From: Candidatus Micrarchaeota archaeon
GTDB lineage: Archaea; Micrarchaeota; Micrarchaeia; Micrarchaeales; CABMGC01
Reading direction: 5' to 3'
NCBI GenBank assembly: GCA_028867025.1
Contig: JAGWHC010000002.1
Location: forward strand, 2,561-66,560
Length of the DNA: 64,000 nucleotides
Shown here: piece after piece, positions 44,519-53,309 of the stretch
Layout: each line of letters opens with the position of its first letter
Position numbering within the stretch: position 1 is the first letter of the stretch
Made by a program: the position numbers and the translations under genes
The notes under the pieces: model-generated
The model's input: only the letters and a program-made list of their open reading frames with translations
What the model was told of the DNA's origin: nothing
Databases searched by the model: none

Positions 44519-45451
44519 ATGTCAGCAGATTTCGCTACAAAAACAAAGGAAAACGATGCTCAGGGCGAGGCGACCTCGTCCAAGACGAATACTATATTCT
44601 GCTTTAGCCTGGTTCATGATACGCCCCAGGGGTCCGAGTTTGAGAAGGCAGTGAAAGAGCGGGCACCAAACAGGGAATCAAAGGTGATTATCCTCACCGA
44701 GCAGGCGCGGGAGTTACTGACGGACGATGTCATTGATGAATACCGCAACGCAGTTTCCAGCCTAAGGAGCGCGTTTGAATCGCTGGAGCTGTATTACGGA
44801 GACAACGTGTCTTTTGTTCATGCCGACAACACGATAATATCCGCACTGAAAGAAGCGTGCTACAGCGCGGTGAAGAAGGAAACGGAGGAGATAAGGAAAG
44901 GCCCTCTCTTTCAGGCGGGAGACCAGGAAGCTAGGAGGCTGCTTGATTCGCTCGAGGCCGCACAATTCTACATAACGATGTGCACGGATGTTGACAGAAG
45001 CACGTGGATGCGAAGGCAGATAGACGTCGCTGAGCGCGAAAATCCCGAAGCGCAAATCTTCCTCGTCGCGGGAGAATGGCACATTCAGGATGTTTCCAAA
45101 TCAATACAGCTGCTGAAGGCAAAGGGCGAAGGCATCTGGTACAGCACTGTCGATCTAAACGATTCCCTGACCCCTGAAATCGTGGAGGGCATCGTAAAGG
45201 GCCGCAAGATCTTCGCCGATGTAATAAAGGCTATAGGCGACGCCCCCTATCTGGAACTCAGGAAGGATTTCGGCAACCTTCGTGTAGGCCTCGCCGAAGA
45301 GGGCGCAGAGTATAGATTCGTTTTCGGAGGATTCGAGGAGTTCGCCAGGCAGGGCGTGCTGAAAATCGCGGAGAAGATAAGGGAGAGCGGCATGGATCTT
45401 TCGATGTTTAGGCAGCCCGCAGACGAAACTAAGGAGCTGGTGCGCGATTAA
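44519..45451 (+). CDS. Hypothetical soluble protein (310 aa)
   Basis: This is a long ORF with coding-like composition. A weak GxxH-type segment (FLVAGEWHIQDV) is reminiscent of the TraB/Tiki/ChaN superfamily, but the match is not secure. Confidence 0.45.
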   Translation: MSADFATKTKENDAQGEATSSKTNTIFCFSLVHDTPQGSEFEKAVKERAPNRESKVIILTEQARELLTDDVIDEYRNAVSSLRSAFESLELYYGDNVSFVHADNTIISALKEACYSAVKKETEEIRKGPLFQAGDQEARRLLDSLEAAQFYITMCTDVDRSTWMRRQIDVAERENPEAQIFLVAGEWHIQDVSKSIQLLKAKGEGIWYSTVDLNDSLTPEIVEGIVKGRKIFADVIKAIGDAPYLELRKDFGNLRVGLAEEGAEYRFVFGGFEEFARQGVLKIAEKIRESGMDLSMFRQPADETKELVRD

Positions 45452-45458
45452 AACGAAT

Positions 45459-46778
45459 CTAAAGCCTCCTTATCTTCTTCCTCTCAATGAACACGAGCAA
45501 GCCGAAGAACAGCATTATCGCCGCGACCTCGAGCACAACGGTCTGGCTCAGGTACACCAGGATAAGCACGATGGACGCAATCCCGGCTATTATCGGGGTG
45601 CCCTTGAAATGCAGCACGCTCAGCTTGCCGCCCTCGTTCCTTATCAGCTTGAAGGTCGCGAACGAGCTCAGTGCGTACGGGACTATTGTGAAGAAGACAG
45701 CGAGGGAGGCGAGCACAACGAAGTTGTTGATAGTGTACATCAGCGCTATCGCGAAGACTGTCTGCAGCGCCATTGCCGCATATGGCGTTCCGTACTTCTG
45801 GTGCACCTTCGCAAATACCTTTGGGAAGAGTCCGTCCCTCGACATCGAGAAAGCTATTCTTGACGTAGCTAGTATGACTGCATTAAGCGAGCCCAGTATG
45901 GAGATTATGCCTCCCAGAGTGATTATCAGGCCGGCTACCGGCGATCCGGTTATCGCTGCGAAGACTTCGGCGAGCGGAGACTGCGAGCCCACGTACGCTG
46001 TCCACCTCACCGCTCCGAGGAACGCGGTTGAGACAATGAGGTATATCGCTGTGACCGTGAGCACGGCCACGACTATCGCCCTGGGAACGGTTTTCTTGGC
46101 GTTCTTTATCTCCTCGTCAGGCACGGTTATTATCTCCACCCCGAGGTACGCCCAGAGGGCAAGCACTGTGGCTGACCCGATCGCCGGAATCAGCTGCGCT
46201 ATTGTTGGGGCATTGACCGCGATGCTGCCCGGAAAGAGCGGATAGAGGTTGCTGACCTTGAAGAAGAGGAGCGCGCCTGCCACGAAGATGACGATGGCAA
46301 GCAGTTTGCCCACAGTGAAGAAGTCGCCTATCCTTGCGCCCGTTTTGACTCCCTTGAAGTTGTAGTAGGTTAGCACAAGGCCTGTGAGCACCCCGATCGT
46401 CACCCTGATGAAGAGGGAGATCTGGGGCAGAAGGAAGCTGAGATAGAGACCCAGAGCTGACTGCTCCGTTGCTATGGTTATCCAGTAGCCGATCCAGAAG
46501 GTCCAGCCCGCGAAGAAGCCAGCGAAATCTCCGAACGCCTTGTGCGTATATGTATAGAGGCCTCCTGCTTCGGGCAGCTTGGCCGCTGCCTCTGCGAACG
46601 CCAGGCCCGCGAGAATCGAGTAGACGCCGCCGAGAAACCAGCCGACCAGCGAGTATGTGCCTGCCGCTTCAGCGGCAATCAGTGGCATTATGAATATGCC
46701 CGAACCTATGATGAAACCTATGCCCAGCATGAGCGCGTCGAAGAAGCCCATGCCTTTAATAAAGCGTATTCTGCGCAT
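45459..46778 (-). CDS. APC-superfamily amino acid permease
   Basis: It has 12 hydrophobic helices and an N-terminal IIGSGIFIMPLIAA signature. Confidence 0.8.
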   Translation of the reverse strand: MRRIRFIKGMGFFDALMLGIGFIIGSGIFIMPLIAAEAAGTYSLVGWFLGGVYSILAGLAFAEAAAKLPEAGGLYTYTHKAFGDFAGFFAGWTFWIGYWITIATEQSALGLYLSFLLPQISLFIRVTIGVLTGLVLTYYNFKGVKTGARIGDFFTVGKLLAIVIFVAGALLFFKVSNLYPLFPGSIAVNAPTIAQLIPAIGSATVLALWAYLGVEIITVPDEEIKNAKKTVPRAIVVAVLTVTAIYLIVSTAFLGAVRWTAYVGSQSPLAEVFAAITGSPVAGLIITLGGIISILGSLNAVILATSRIAFSMSRDGLFPKVFAKVHQKYGTPYAAMALQTVFAIALMYTINNFVVLASLAVFFTIVPYALSSFATFKLIRNEGGKLSVLHFKGTPIIAGIASIVLILVYLSQTVVLEVAAIMLFFGLLVFIERKKIRRL

Positions 46779-46923
46779 AACTACCTCAGCAGCGGTGACT
46801 AATTAGAGTCGTAAATTAAAAGAGTTTTGCAATTCGGCTCATCCCAAAATACCAATTCTTTCTGTTGAAATTGTGAATTTTACCTATGTTTAAATACCGG
46901 AAACAGCAGAGCATATTGCGTTG

Positions 46924-47523
46924 ATGCTAATGACCGGATCTGGGGAGAGTCCCACAAAGGAAAGAACAAAGCTGCGAGCTCTGGAAGTCGCCGCACAGGT
47001 ACAGGCCGACCTCAAGCAGCCGCTGAGGGACAGGATAGACCTGCACAGGTCGAACACGCTGAGGCTGATAGAAAAGTTTCCGCAGCAGCAGGCCGAGGAA
47101 CTGGTCAATGCCGAGGAGGACCACCTGATAAGGGAGGAGAGGAGGCTCACGAAGGAGGCGACGGGAATACTGACAAAGGAGGAGAAGAAGCTCGACAGCA
47201 TGCTGAAGAAAACGTCAGACTACATAAGGGACTCGAGCGCGGTCGAGAACGTATTGCAGGGGATGAGGATCGCCTCCGCTCTCGCCTTCGGGATATCGCT
47301 CGACAAGAATCCGGTGATTAACGAGGCAAGCTACGTGTTTTTCGGGCTGACAGCGGCAGGAGCCCTAATCAACTACCACAGGAACAAGACGAGGTACGAC
47401 CGCAAGGTCAGGAGAGAGGAGCACAAGGTGAAGCGCTTCCTCATAAAGGCCGAGGAGACCGCCGAAAGGGCATTCGCGATACACAGGAATGGTAACGGCC
47501 ACAACAACCATCACTCGCCATAG
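46924..47523 (+). CDS. Hypothetical protein with coiled-coil N-terminus and two TM helices
   Basis: This 199-aa ORF has a TATA-like GTTTAAATAC upstream. No family was recognised. Confidence 0.4.
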   Translation: MLMTGSGESPTKERTKLRALEVAAQVQADLKQPLRDRIDLHRSNTLRLIEKFPQQQAEELVNAEEDHLIREERRLTKEATGILTKEEKKLDSMLKKTSDYIRDSSAVENVLQGMRIASALAFGISLDKNPVINEASYVFFGLTAAGALINYHRNKTRYDRKVRREEHKVKRFLIKAEETAERAFAIHRNGNGHNNHHSP

Positions 47524-47558
47524 AACTGCGTAAGGCTTAAAAGTAACAAGTCCTTATT

Positions 47559-47828
47559 GTGCGCATGGCTTGGTGGCTGAGAATAGACCAAAAAAGCGAC
47601 AAGGAGATGGTCGCGCGCGCCTTTTCCATACTTAGGAACAGGAGATGCATAGAGGAGGAGAGAGCCTCGCTCATCTCCAGGCTAGGAAAGGACGAATACG
47701 TGGCTTATTTCGGAGGCAGGCTCGTGGATCACGACAAGGATCTGGATGCGCTTAGCGGCAGGCTGGCCAAGAAGTATCCGGAGCAGAGGAAGAGCATGGC
47801 AGTGGAGAGGCTGGGCGGAGAGAAATGA
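47559..47828 (+). CDS. Small hypothetical protein (possibly DUF5678-like)
   Basis: EYVAYFGGRLVDHDKDLDALSGRLAKKYP resembles small archaeal DUF5678 proteins. The stop overlaps the next gene's start (ATGA). Confidence 0.35.
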   Translation: MRMAWWLRIDQKSDKEMVARAFSILRNRRCIEEERASLISRLGKDEYVAYFGGRLVDHDKDLDALSGRLAKKYPEQRKSMAVERLGGEK

Positions 47829-49096
47829 TAGACGTAACATTTGCGTTCGTGCTGATCGCAGGCATAATCTTTTTCGGTTTCGGGGCAGAGATATTCTTCA
47901 GGAAGACAGGCGTGCCTTATTTCCTCTTCCTCATATTCGTGGGCGTGCTCCTTGGCCCTGTGCTGAACCTGCTTCCAAGGGACGCTTTCATACCCGTGCT
48001 TGGCATCTTCTCCGAGTTCACGCTGATGATGGTCCTTTTCTACAACGGCATGCAGATGGGCATAAAGGACGTGATAAGCAGCAGCAGCAGGACGCTTGTG
48101 CAGGTCGCTCTGTACGTATTCGTCAGCGTGCTCGCAATCGCAGCCGTCGCGCACCTGGCTTTCGGCTGGGACACGATACAGGCGCTGATATTCGGGTCGA
48201 TCATAGGCGGCGAGACCACAGCGCCGGTGATGATGCGGCTTTCAAAGACGCTTAAGCAGGACAACAGCACAGTCACCTTCCTCGGCCTCGAATCTGTGAT
48301 GAACTCGATATTCTCAGTTGTCCTGTTCTTCGTGTTCCTGAGCATATACCAGACAGGCTCGTCGTCGATAAGTGCGGCTACGGCTTCGCTCTCGGCAAAC
48401 ATCTCTGTCGGCGTCATATTCGGGTTCGCCCTTTCGCTTCTGTGGGTGCTGGCACTCAACTATCTGAGAAATTACAGGTATACCTACGTCTTCACGCTTG
48501 GCCTTCTGCTCACCACGTTCATCGCCGCGCAGTTGAGCGGAGGCAGCGGCCTGATGGCTGTCCTCGTCTTCGGCATCATCCTCGGCAACTACAAGACGGT
48601 AGGCTCGTGGCTCAGGCGGGAGCTGAAGATAGAGGATCTGGAGAGCCAGCTTAGGGGTTTCCAGGACGAGGTCTCCTTCCTGCTTGAGACCTTCTTCTTC
48701 GTCTTCCTGGGGCTGACCTTCCTCATCCAGCCGACTGAGATAATCTTCAACCTGCTTGCAGGCGCGCTTTTCGTCGCGGTGCTGCTCGTAATAAGATATA
48801 TTGCGGTCAACATCTCCACTCGCGGCTCGTCGCTCTACAAGAACAGGCGCTTCATAACTTTCATGTGCGCCCAGGGGCTCACGCCCGCAATACTTTCCAT
48901 CGTCGCGCTCGCAGACAACCTGCCCCTCGCCAACCAGTTCGTCAGCATAGTGGTCTTCGTGATAGTCATAACGAACGTGATAACCTCTATAGACGCGTAC
49001 TTCACTATGAGAAAATCAAAAGCCGGCGCCACTGAGGAAAAACCCAATCGCGCACAGGTCAAGAAGCAGGATGGCGGGAGCTCTGTCACAACCTGA
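47825..49096 (+). CDS. Na+/H+ (CPA1/NhaP-type) antiporter
   Basis: It has 11-12 TM helices. The N-terminus FGFGAEIFFRKTGVPYFLFLIFVGVLLGP is typical of the cation/proton exchanger family. Confidence 0.75.
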   Translation: MIDVTFAFVLIAGIIFFGFGAEIFFRKTGVPYFLFLIFVGVLLGPVLNLLPRDAFIPVLGIFSEFTLMMVLFYNGMQMGIKDVISSSSRTLVQVALYVFVSVLAIAAVAHLAFGWDTIQALIFGSIIGGETTAPVMMRLSKTLKQDNSTVTFLGLESVMNSIFSVVLFFVFLSIYQTGSSSISAATASLSANISVGVIFGFALSLLWVLALNYLRNYRYTYVFTLGLLLTTFIAAQLSGGSGLMAVLVFGIILGNYKTVGSWLRRELKIEDLESQLRGFQDEVSFLLETFFFVFLGLTFLIQPTEIIFNLLAGALFVAVLLVIRYIAVNISTRGSSLYKNRRFITFMCAQGLTPAILSIVALADNLPLANQFVSIVVFVIVITNVITSIDAYFTMRKSKAGATEEKPNRAQVKKQDGGSSVTT

Positions 49097-49415
49097 AAAC
49101 GCCGCTTCCCCTCCTCACGGGCACGCTGACCTTGATGCCGACGTCATCCCCCGCCGATGCCCCTTCCACATCCTTCCTGTTTATCTGCATGCTTGCGACC
49201 CGCTGTCGGAGCGTGTACTCATCGTTCTCTATCTCTATCGTGTCGCCCACAGAAAGCCTGTCAGTCAGCCTTATGGCAGCGACGTTTATGTGGTCGAAGT
49301 AGTGGTCGACCTCGCCCACCTGCACCCTGCCAGCGGCTTGCTGGATCTGCGTTTCGCCCTTTTTCTTCGACTCCATCGCGTCTAGGACATCCATCACGTT
49401 GTCTATGTCATCCAT
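49086..49415 (-). CDS. Small beta-barrel protein, translation-factor domain-2-like
   Basis: VGEVDHYFDHINVAAIRLTDRLSVGDTIEIEND...GDDVGIKV resembles EF-Tu domain-2-like stand-alone proteins. It overlaps the antiporter 3' end by 11 nt (convergent). Confidence 0.4.
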   Translation of the reverse strand: MDDIDNVMDVLDAMESKKKGETQIQQAAGRVQVGEVDHYFDHINVAAIRLTDRLSVGDTIEIENDEYTLRQRVASMQINRKDVEGASAGDDVGIKVSVPVRRGSGVFRL

Positions 49416-49419
49416 GCGA

Positions 49420-49818
49420 TCACTTCTTCTTTTTCTCCTCCTCTTTGGGTATAAATTTGAGCGAGATCGAGTTGACGCAGTGCCTCACGTTCTTCAGCGT
49501 GTACATCTCGCCCTCGAAGACGTGCCCGAGGTGGGCTCCGCAGTTTGCGCACTCTATCTCGGTCCGGTTCATGCCGAAGCTGTGGTCGGGGATGCGCTTC
49601 ACAGCTCCCTTTATCTCCTGGTCGAAGCTGGGCCAGCCGCAATGGGCGTCGAACTTGTCGTCGGACTTGTAGAGCGGGGCGCCGCATCTCCTGCAGACGT
49701 ATGTGCCCTTCTTGAAGTTCTGGTCGTACTCGCCGCTGAAGGGGGCCTCGGTGCCCTTGTTGACTATGACCTCTTCCTCCTCCTTAGTGAGCTTGTTCCA
49801 CTTCTGCTTCTTCTCCAA
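49420..49818 (-). CDS. msrB: Peptide-methionine (R)-S-oxide reductase MsrB
   Basis: It has two CxxC pairs (CRRCGAPL, CANCGAHLGHVF), GWPSF and a catalytic RHCVNS. Confidence 0.9.
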   Translation of the reverse strand: MEKKQKWNKLTKEEEEVIVNKGTEAPFSGEYDQNFKKGTYVCRRCGAPLYKSDDKFDAHCGWPSFDQEIKGAVKRIPDHSFGMNRTEIECANCGAHLGHVFEGEMYTLKNVRHCVNSISLKFIPKEEEKKKK

Positions 49819-49982
49819 GCAATCCCCATCCTATTTTCACAATAAAAATCTAAATATGCTTGCATCCTCGATTCCGAGGGTGCGCCCGCATACCCTAGCA
49901 CAAAATAACAATATCTATCGTTGAAAATGTAAATCCTATCAATGTTTAAATAGTCCTGATGACACAATATCTATGTGATTAA

Positions 49983-50594
49983 ATGGATCAAGTGAGGACT
50001 ATCCAAACTCCTGATGGCGCTCTGGAAAATGTGGCTAGGGAAGGTCGTTTTAGCAGGGTGGAGAAGGCAATTGCATCTGTTACAACTGCAAGCGGACTGG
50101 TCTTCGCCGGAGCGAAGATTGCGGCGACAAGGCTGACGCAGGAAGTCACGCTTGGCTTCGGTTACGGAAGCATGAAGCTCTCTAACCTCATTGTCACTCT
50201 CGGAGGTATTGGCTGGAATGGGCCCACGGGCGACTCCTACGCTTCCCTGAACCTTGCACTGCAGGGAACTACGCCGCGGGCGTGCGAGGCTGCGCTATCC
50301 GCGCCTACAGCCTCAACCTGCCAGATAGTGAACATGGCCACCGCTGGAAACAACATCTGGACCAGCCTCGGTTTGCCGTCGAAGATCGTTTCAGGGGACA
50401 GCGTAGTTTATCTGAAGGAGGCGCAGGCGCACTCGGTGACGCTGGTTATGCAGAACAAGGTTGTTCCGCTGCTCGGCCAGATAGCGACAAGCGCGGAGGG
50501 ATTGATCATATTATCGGTCGCAGCGCTAGGTGCGGCAATCCTCACAAAGGAGCTGAGAAACAGAGAGAGTCAGCCAAAGGCAAAAAGAGAATAG
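49983..50594 (+). CDS. Hypothetical protein with C-terminal TM helix
   Basis: This 203-aa ORF has a TATA-like GTTTAAATAG upstream. No family was recognised. Confidence 0.4.
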   Translation: MDQVRTIQTPDGALENVAREGRFSRVEKAIASVTTASGLVFAGAKIAATRLTQEVTLGFGYGSMKLSNLIVTLGGIGWNGPTGDSYASLNLALQGTTPRACEAALSAPTASTCQIVNMATAGNNIWTSLGLPSKIVSGDSVVYLKEAQAHSVTLVMQNKVVPLLGQIATSAEGLIILSVAALGAAILTKELRNRESQPKAKRE

Positions 50595-50747
50595 CCTTTC
50601 CTCAAATGCTGAGGAACTTCTTGAAAACGAAACGCTAGCGATGCGTATCTAGTAAGACGAAAAGTAAACAGAGCTGTAGAAACCTGTAAATAGGATAAAT
50701 GCCTATTCTTCTCTGATAGGGGTTGGAGGTAATATTGAGGTGAAAGT

Positions 50748-51002
50748 ATGAACACAAGAATAACTGCAATAGCAGGCGTGAGCATCTTGTTCGCGACCTT
50801 GCTGATAGGAACAGTAGGGGCGATGAGTACTTCCGGCGCTTGCCACGGAGCCTTCGCCAACGTAAACGGCAACTTCGGCTTCCTTGGCGGAGTAGGCGGA
50901 ACGCCGGGCTACCATAATGGCGCAGTTGGACAGCAGATAGGCGCAACCGGATACAACAACGGTGCGCTCTCTGGGGACTGCACGTTGCCAAGCGGACAGT
51001 AA
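50748..51002 (+). CDS. Small secreted Gly-rich peptide precursor (84 aa)
   Basis: A strong SD-like GAGGTGA lies 4 nt upstream of the ATG. It has a signal or TM segment (ITAIAGVSILFATLLIGTVGA), then a ~55-aa Gly/Asn-rich region with two Cys. A hairpin lies just downstream. Confidence 0.55.
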   Translation: MNTRITAIAGVSILFATLLIGTVGAMSTSGACHGAFANVNGNFGFLGGVGGTPGYHNGAVGQQIGATGYNNGALSGDCTLPSGQ

Positions 51003-51013
51003 GCATCTTTTGT

Positions 51014-51033
51014 CGCCAGGCGCTCGCCTGGCG
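51014..51033 (+). terminator. Hairpin downstream of the Gly-rich peptide gene
   Basis: CGCCAGGCG..CGCCTGGCG is a perfect inverted repeat that starts 12 nt after the stop and is followed by T-rich sequence. Confidence 0.35.
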
Positions 51034-51093
51034 CACTCTTTCTTAGATTTTCTCAAACGTTGCTGGAAAACGGAGTGAGAGCAATCTTTTAAT

Positions 51094-51522
51094 ATGGTAA
51101 GACCGATCTCTCAAATGGTATCCACAATGCTGCCTGCCGCCGAGACGCCGAAGAGAAGGATCAGAATCCCAACGCAGATAGAGGTTGAGCTGAGCTACCT
51201 TGCGCTCAAGTCTGTGCAGAGGGACGTCCTAGGAGAGGACCCGCTGAAGGACCGCGACTTCTCTGCCGTAGCACTCAGATGCGTCCAAAGGCTGAACGAG
51301 GATCCCCTCTTCAAGCACGGGAGGATAAGCAAGGAGCCGATACAGGAGAACGTGCACCTGCTAAGGCTTCCAGGCCGCACCTACGGCTTTGCGCTGGTGC
51401 GCAGGAAGAAGCCGAAGTTCCACGCTGTCTTCATGGAGACCAGGCAGTCATCATTGACAGTCTTCCCTGAACATGCGGGGAAGAAAACGGTGGAGATCAC
51501 TTATACCTCCCCTTTTCTATAG
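51094..51522 (+). CDS. Hypothetical protein (142 aa)
   Basis: This ORF has a TATA-like CTTTTAATATG region at its start. No family was recognised. Confidence 0.4.
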   Translation: MVRPISQMVSTMLPAAETPKRRIRIPTQIEVELSYLALKSVQRDVLGEDPLKDRDFSAVALRCVQRLNEDPLFKHGRISKEPIQENVHLLRLPGRTYGFALVRRKKPKFHAVFMETRQSSLTVFPEHAGKKTVEITYTSPFL

Positions 51523-51917
51523 CGATGGAAAACGCGAAAGCGGCCGCCTGTCCTACCGGAGTTTTATCGCCATGGAACGAGAATTGAATCTTGCAAAAGC
51601 TTAGCTTCCGAGTCTATGGAAAACAGGGGCTGGGGGCCAGACAAGCATTATTGAGCCGCAAACTCGGGCAAAGAGAATGACTTTCCTCGTGCGGCTGTTT
51701 TTCATGCCACACTGATGGAAAAGCGGCATGCCATGTTCATAATATTGGAAAGTGTTTTAGAGCTTTATAAATAAGGGACAAAACAAGCCACCGTCGTAAA
51801 AACTTGCGCATAATTGGGCTAGGCGGGCAGATTGCCTTCTATTTGATAGATTATCAGCATGCGGCTACAGCTCAGCAGCGACGCGTTTAAGAGGTTTTTA
51901 GTTTTGCTTAAAACTTC

Positions 51918-52334
51918 CTAGATTTTACGTTTGCCTGAACCGACATCCGCGCCGGTTTCGGCCCTGCGTGTCTTACTCATCAATGAGTATAGTTTGCCCA
52001 GCCCATCCCCCTCTCTTGATTTAGTCAGATCCCCTACCAAAGATACAAGCTCGAATTTCGTTTGCAGGGCTAGGGCCGCTTTTCTGACAGGTTCAGGCAT
52101 TCCTGAGCCCAGGTTATTGATGCTGCTTGGAGTGATACGAAGCGTAACGCCCTCACCTTTCTCCTCTCCCACTACTGGCATTTCGAAATTTACAGACACA
52201 TACTCCCCGCTGCTCTTAAGTTTCCTTACCTCACCTATGACCTTTACGACCTTGTTTAAAGGCACTTCCAGTATGGCGGTTGCTTCAATCATTCTTTCGA
52301 ATGTCGGGTCATACATGCTCTTTGAGGCATACAT
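51918..52334 (-). CDS. Hypothetical protein (138 aa)
   Basis: It is the last gene of a three-gene minus-strand group with the nucleotidyltransferase gene. No family was recognised. Confidence 0.4.
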   Translation of the reverse strand: MYASKSMYDPTFERMIEATAILEVPLNKVVKVIGEVRKLKSSGEYVSVNFEMPVVGEEKGEGVTLRITPSSINNLGSGMPEPVRKAALALQTKFELVSLVGDLTKSREGDGLGKLYSLMSKTRRAETGADVGSGKRKI

Positions 52335-52425
52335 AAGATCACATTTCGCTTTTGCTTCGCAGCTTTATAAGCATTCACGTTATTCGTTTTGCCAAGATTA
52401 AGTTGGAAAAACTAGGATTGTCTTT

Positions 52426-52590
52426 TCAGTCGCTCCTCCTGTCGAGCTTCTTCATGTACTCGTATGCCCTTTCCGCGTTCCTCTGCAGCGCTGTCAGCTC
52501 CCCCTTCTCTGCAAGCATGCGCAGCATAGGCTCCTGCGACTCAAACTTTGTCCTGCCGTCATAGCGAACAGTTTTCGCGTCTTCCCCCAT
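52426..52590 (-). CDS. Small helical protein (54 aa), unassigned
   Basis: Hand translation gives MGEDAKTVRYDGRTKFESQEPMLRMLAEKGELTALQRNAERAYEYMKKLDRRSD. It starts 16 nt after the nucleotidyltransferase stop, with a G-rich stretch upstream. It falls below the ORF-track cut-off. Confidence 0.3.
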   Translation of the reverse strand: MGEDAKTVRYDGRTKFESQEPMLRMLAEKGELTALQRNAERAYEYMKKLDRRSD

Positions 52591-52606
52591 ATCGACCCCC
52601 TTGCGA

Positions 52607-53236
52607 TCAGTTCCTGAACGCGGAACGCAGCCTGCCTGTGACCTGCATCGCGTTCGTCAGTTCCTTTGCGAAAAGCTGAAGCTGCTCCTGGTCCGGTATG
52701 TACTTCCTTATCTTCCCCTCTTCCTCCTTGAAGAACTTGGCCGGCGAGCTGTTGTACATGTTCCTCATTATGTTCCTTATGTCGTCCCAGTCCTTGTCTC
52801 GGCCCGCGGTATACTTGATGAGCACAAGATAGCCAGGATGCACGACCCTTACTGTGCCTTCCTTGGTAAGCGTCCTTTCAAGCGCCGTCTCGAGTATGTC
52901 ACTCCTCTCGACCCCGCCGACGTTGTCCTTGTAGAAGAAGTCGATCTGCGCGCCGCTGTAGTTATCGTTCACCCCCACAATCTCTGACCCCTGCGTCCTG
53001 GGTATCATGCCCATCTCGAGCGCCTTCACGTCGAAGTCCTCAATCTCCGAGGGCTTCTTGGAGACCACGACGTCAACGTCGTGCGTGTCCCTCTTGCTGT
53101 TGAAGCAGTATATGTTGACGGCCCTGCCGCCTATTATCACAACATCGTCCTTTCCGAAGATGTCGCTCAGCCTGTCGTAGATGTCCTTGATTGCATAAGT
53201 CGGTATGTCAGACCTGTGCTTTAATCCCAGTGGCAT
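52607..53236 (-). CDS. Nucleotidyltransferase-fold protein (minimal NTase / AbiEii-like)
   Basis: VVIIGGRAVNIYCFNSKRDTHDVDVVV fits the G-[GS]-x(9-13)-D-x-D NTase signature. Confidence 0.5.
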   Translation of the reverse strand: MPLGLKHRSDIPTYAIKDIYDRLSDIFGKDDVVIIGGRAVNIYCFNSKRDTHDVDVVVSKKPSEIEDFDVKALEMGMIPRTQGSEIVGVNDNYSGAQIDFFYKDNVGGVERSDILETALERTLTKEGTVRVVHPGYLVLIKYTAGRDKDWDDIRNIMRNMYNSSPAKFFKEEEGKIRKYIPDQEQLQLFAKELTNAMQVTGRLRSAFRN

Positions 53237-53309
53237 GATAATCTTCTGCTTCTCCCTCTATATAAAGATTGGTAAATATCCAAAATTTTGGGAAAAGTCT
53301 GTTATTCTG

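Noticed and set aside
51861-51885. GCGGCTACAGCTCAGCAGCGACGCG resembles the acceptor and D-arm start of a tRNA.
   Set aside because: No anticodon arm, no T-arm (GGTTCRAATCC-like) and no matching 3' acceptor strand follow. At most it is a fragment, and I would not call it a tRNA or att site without a search.
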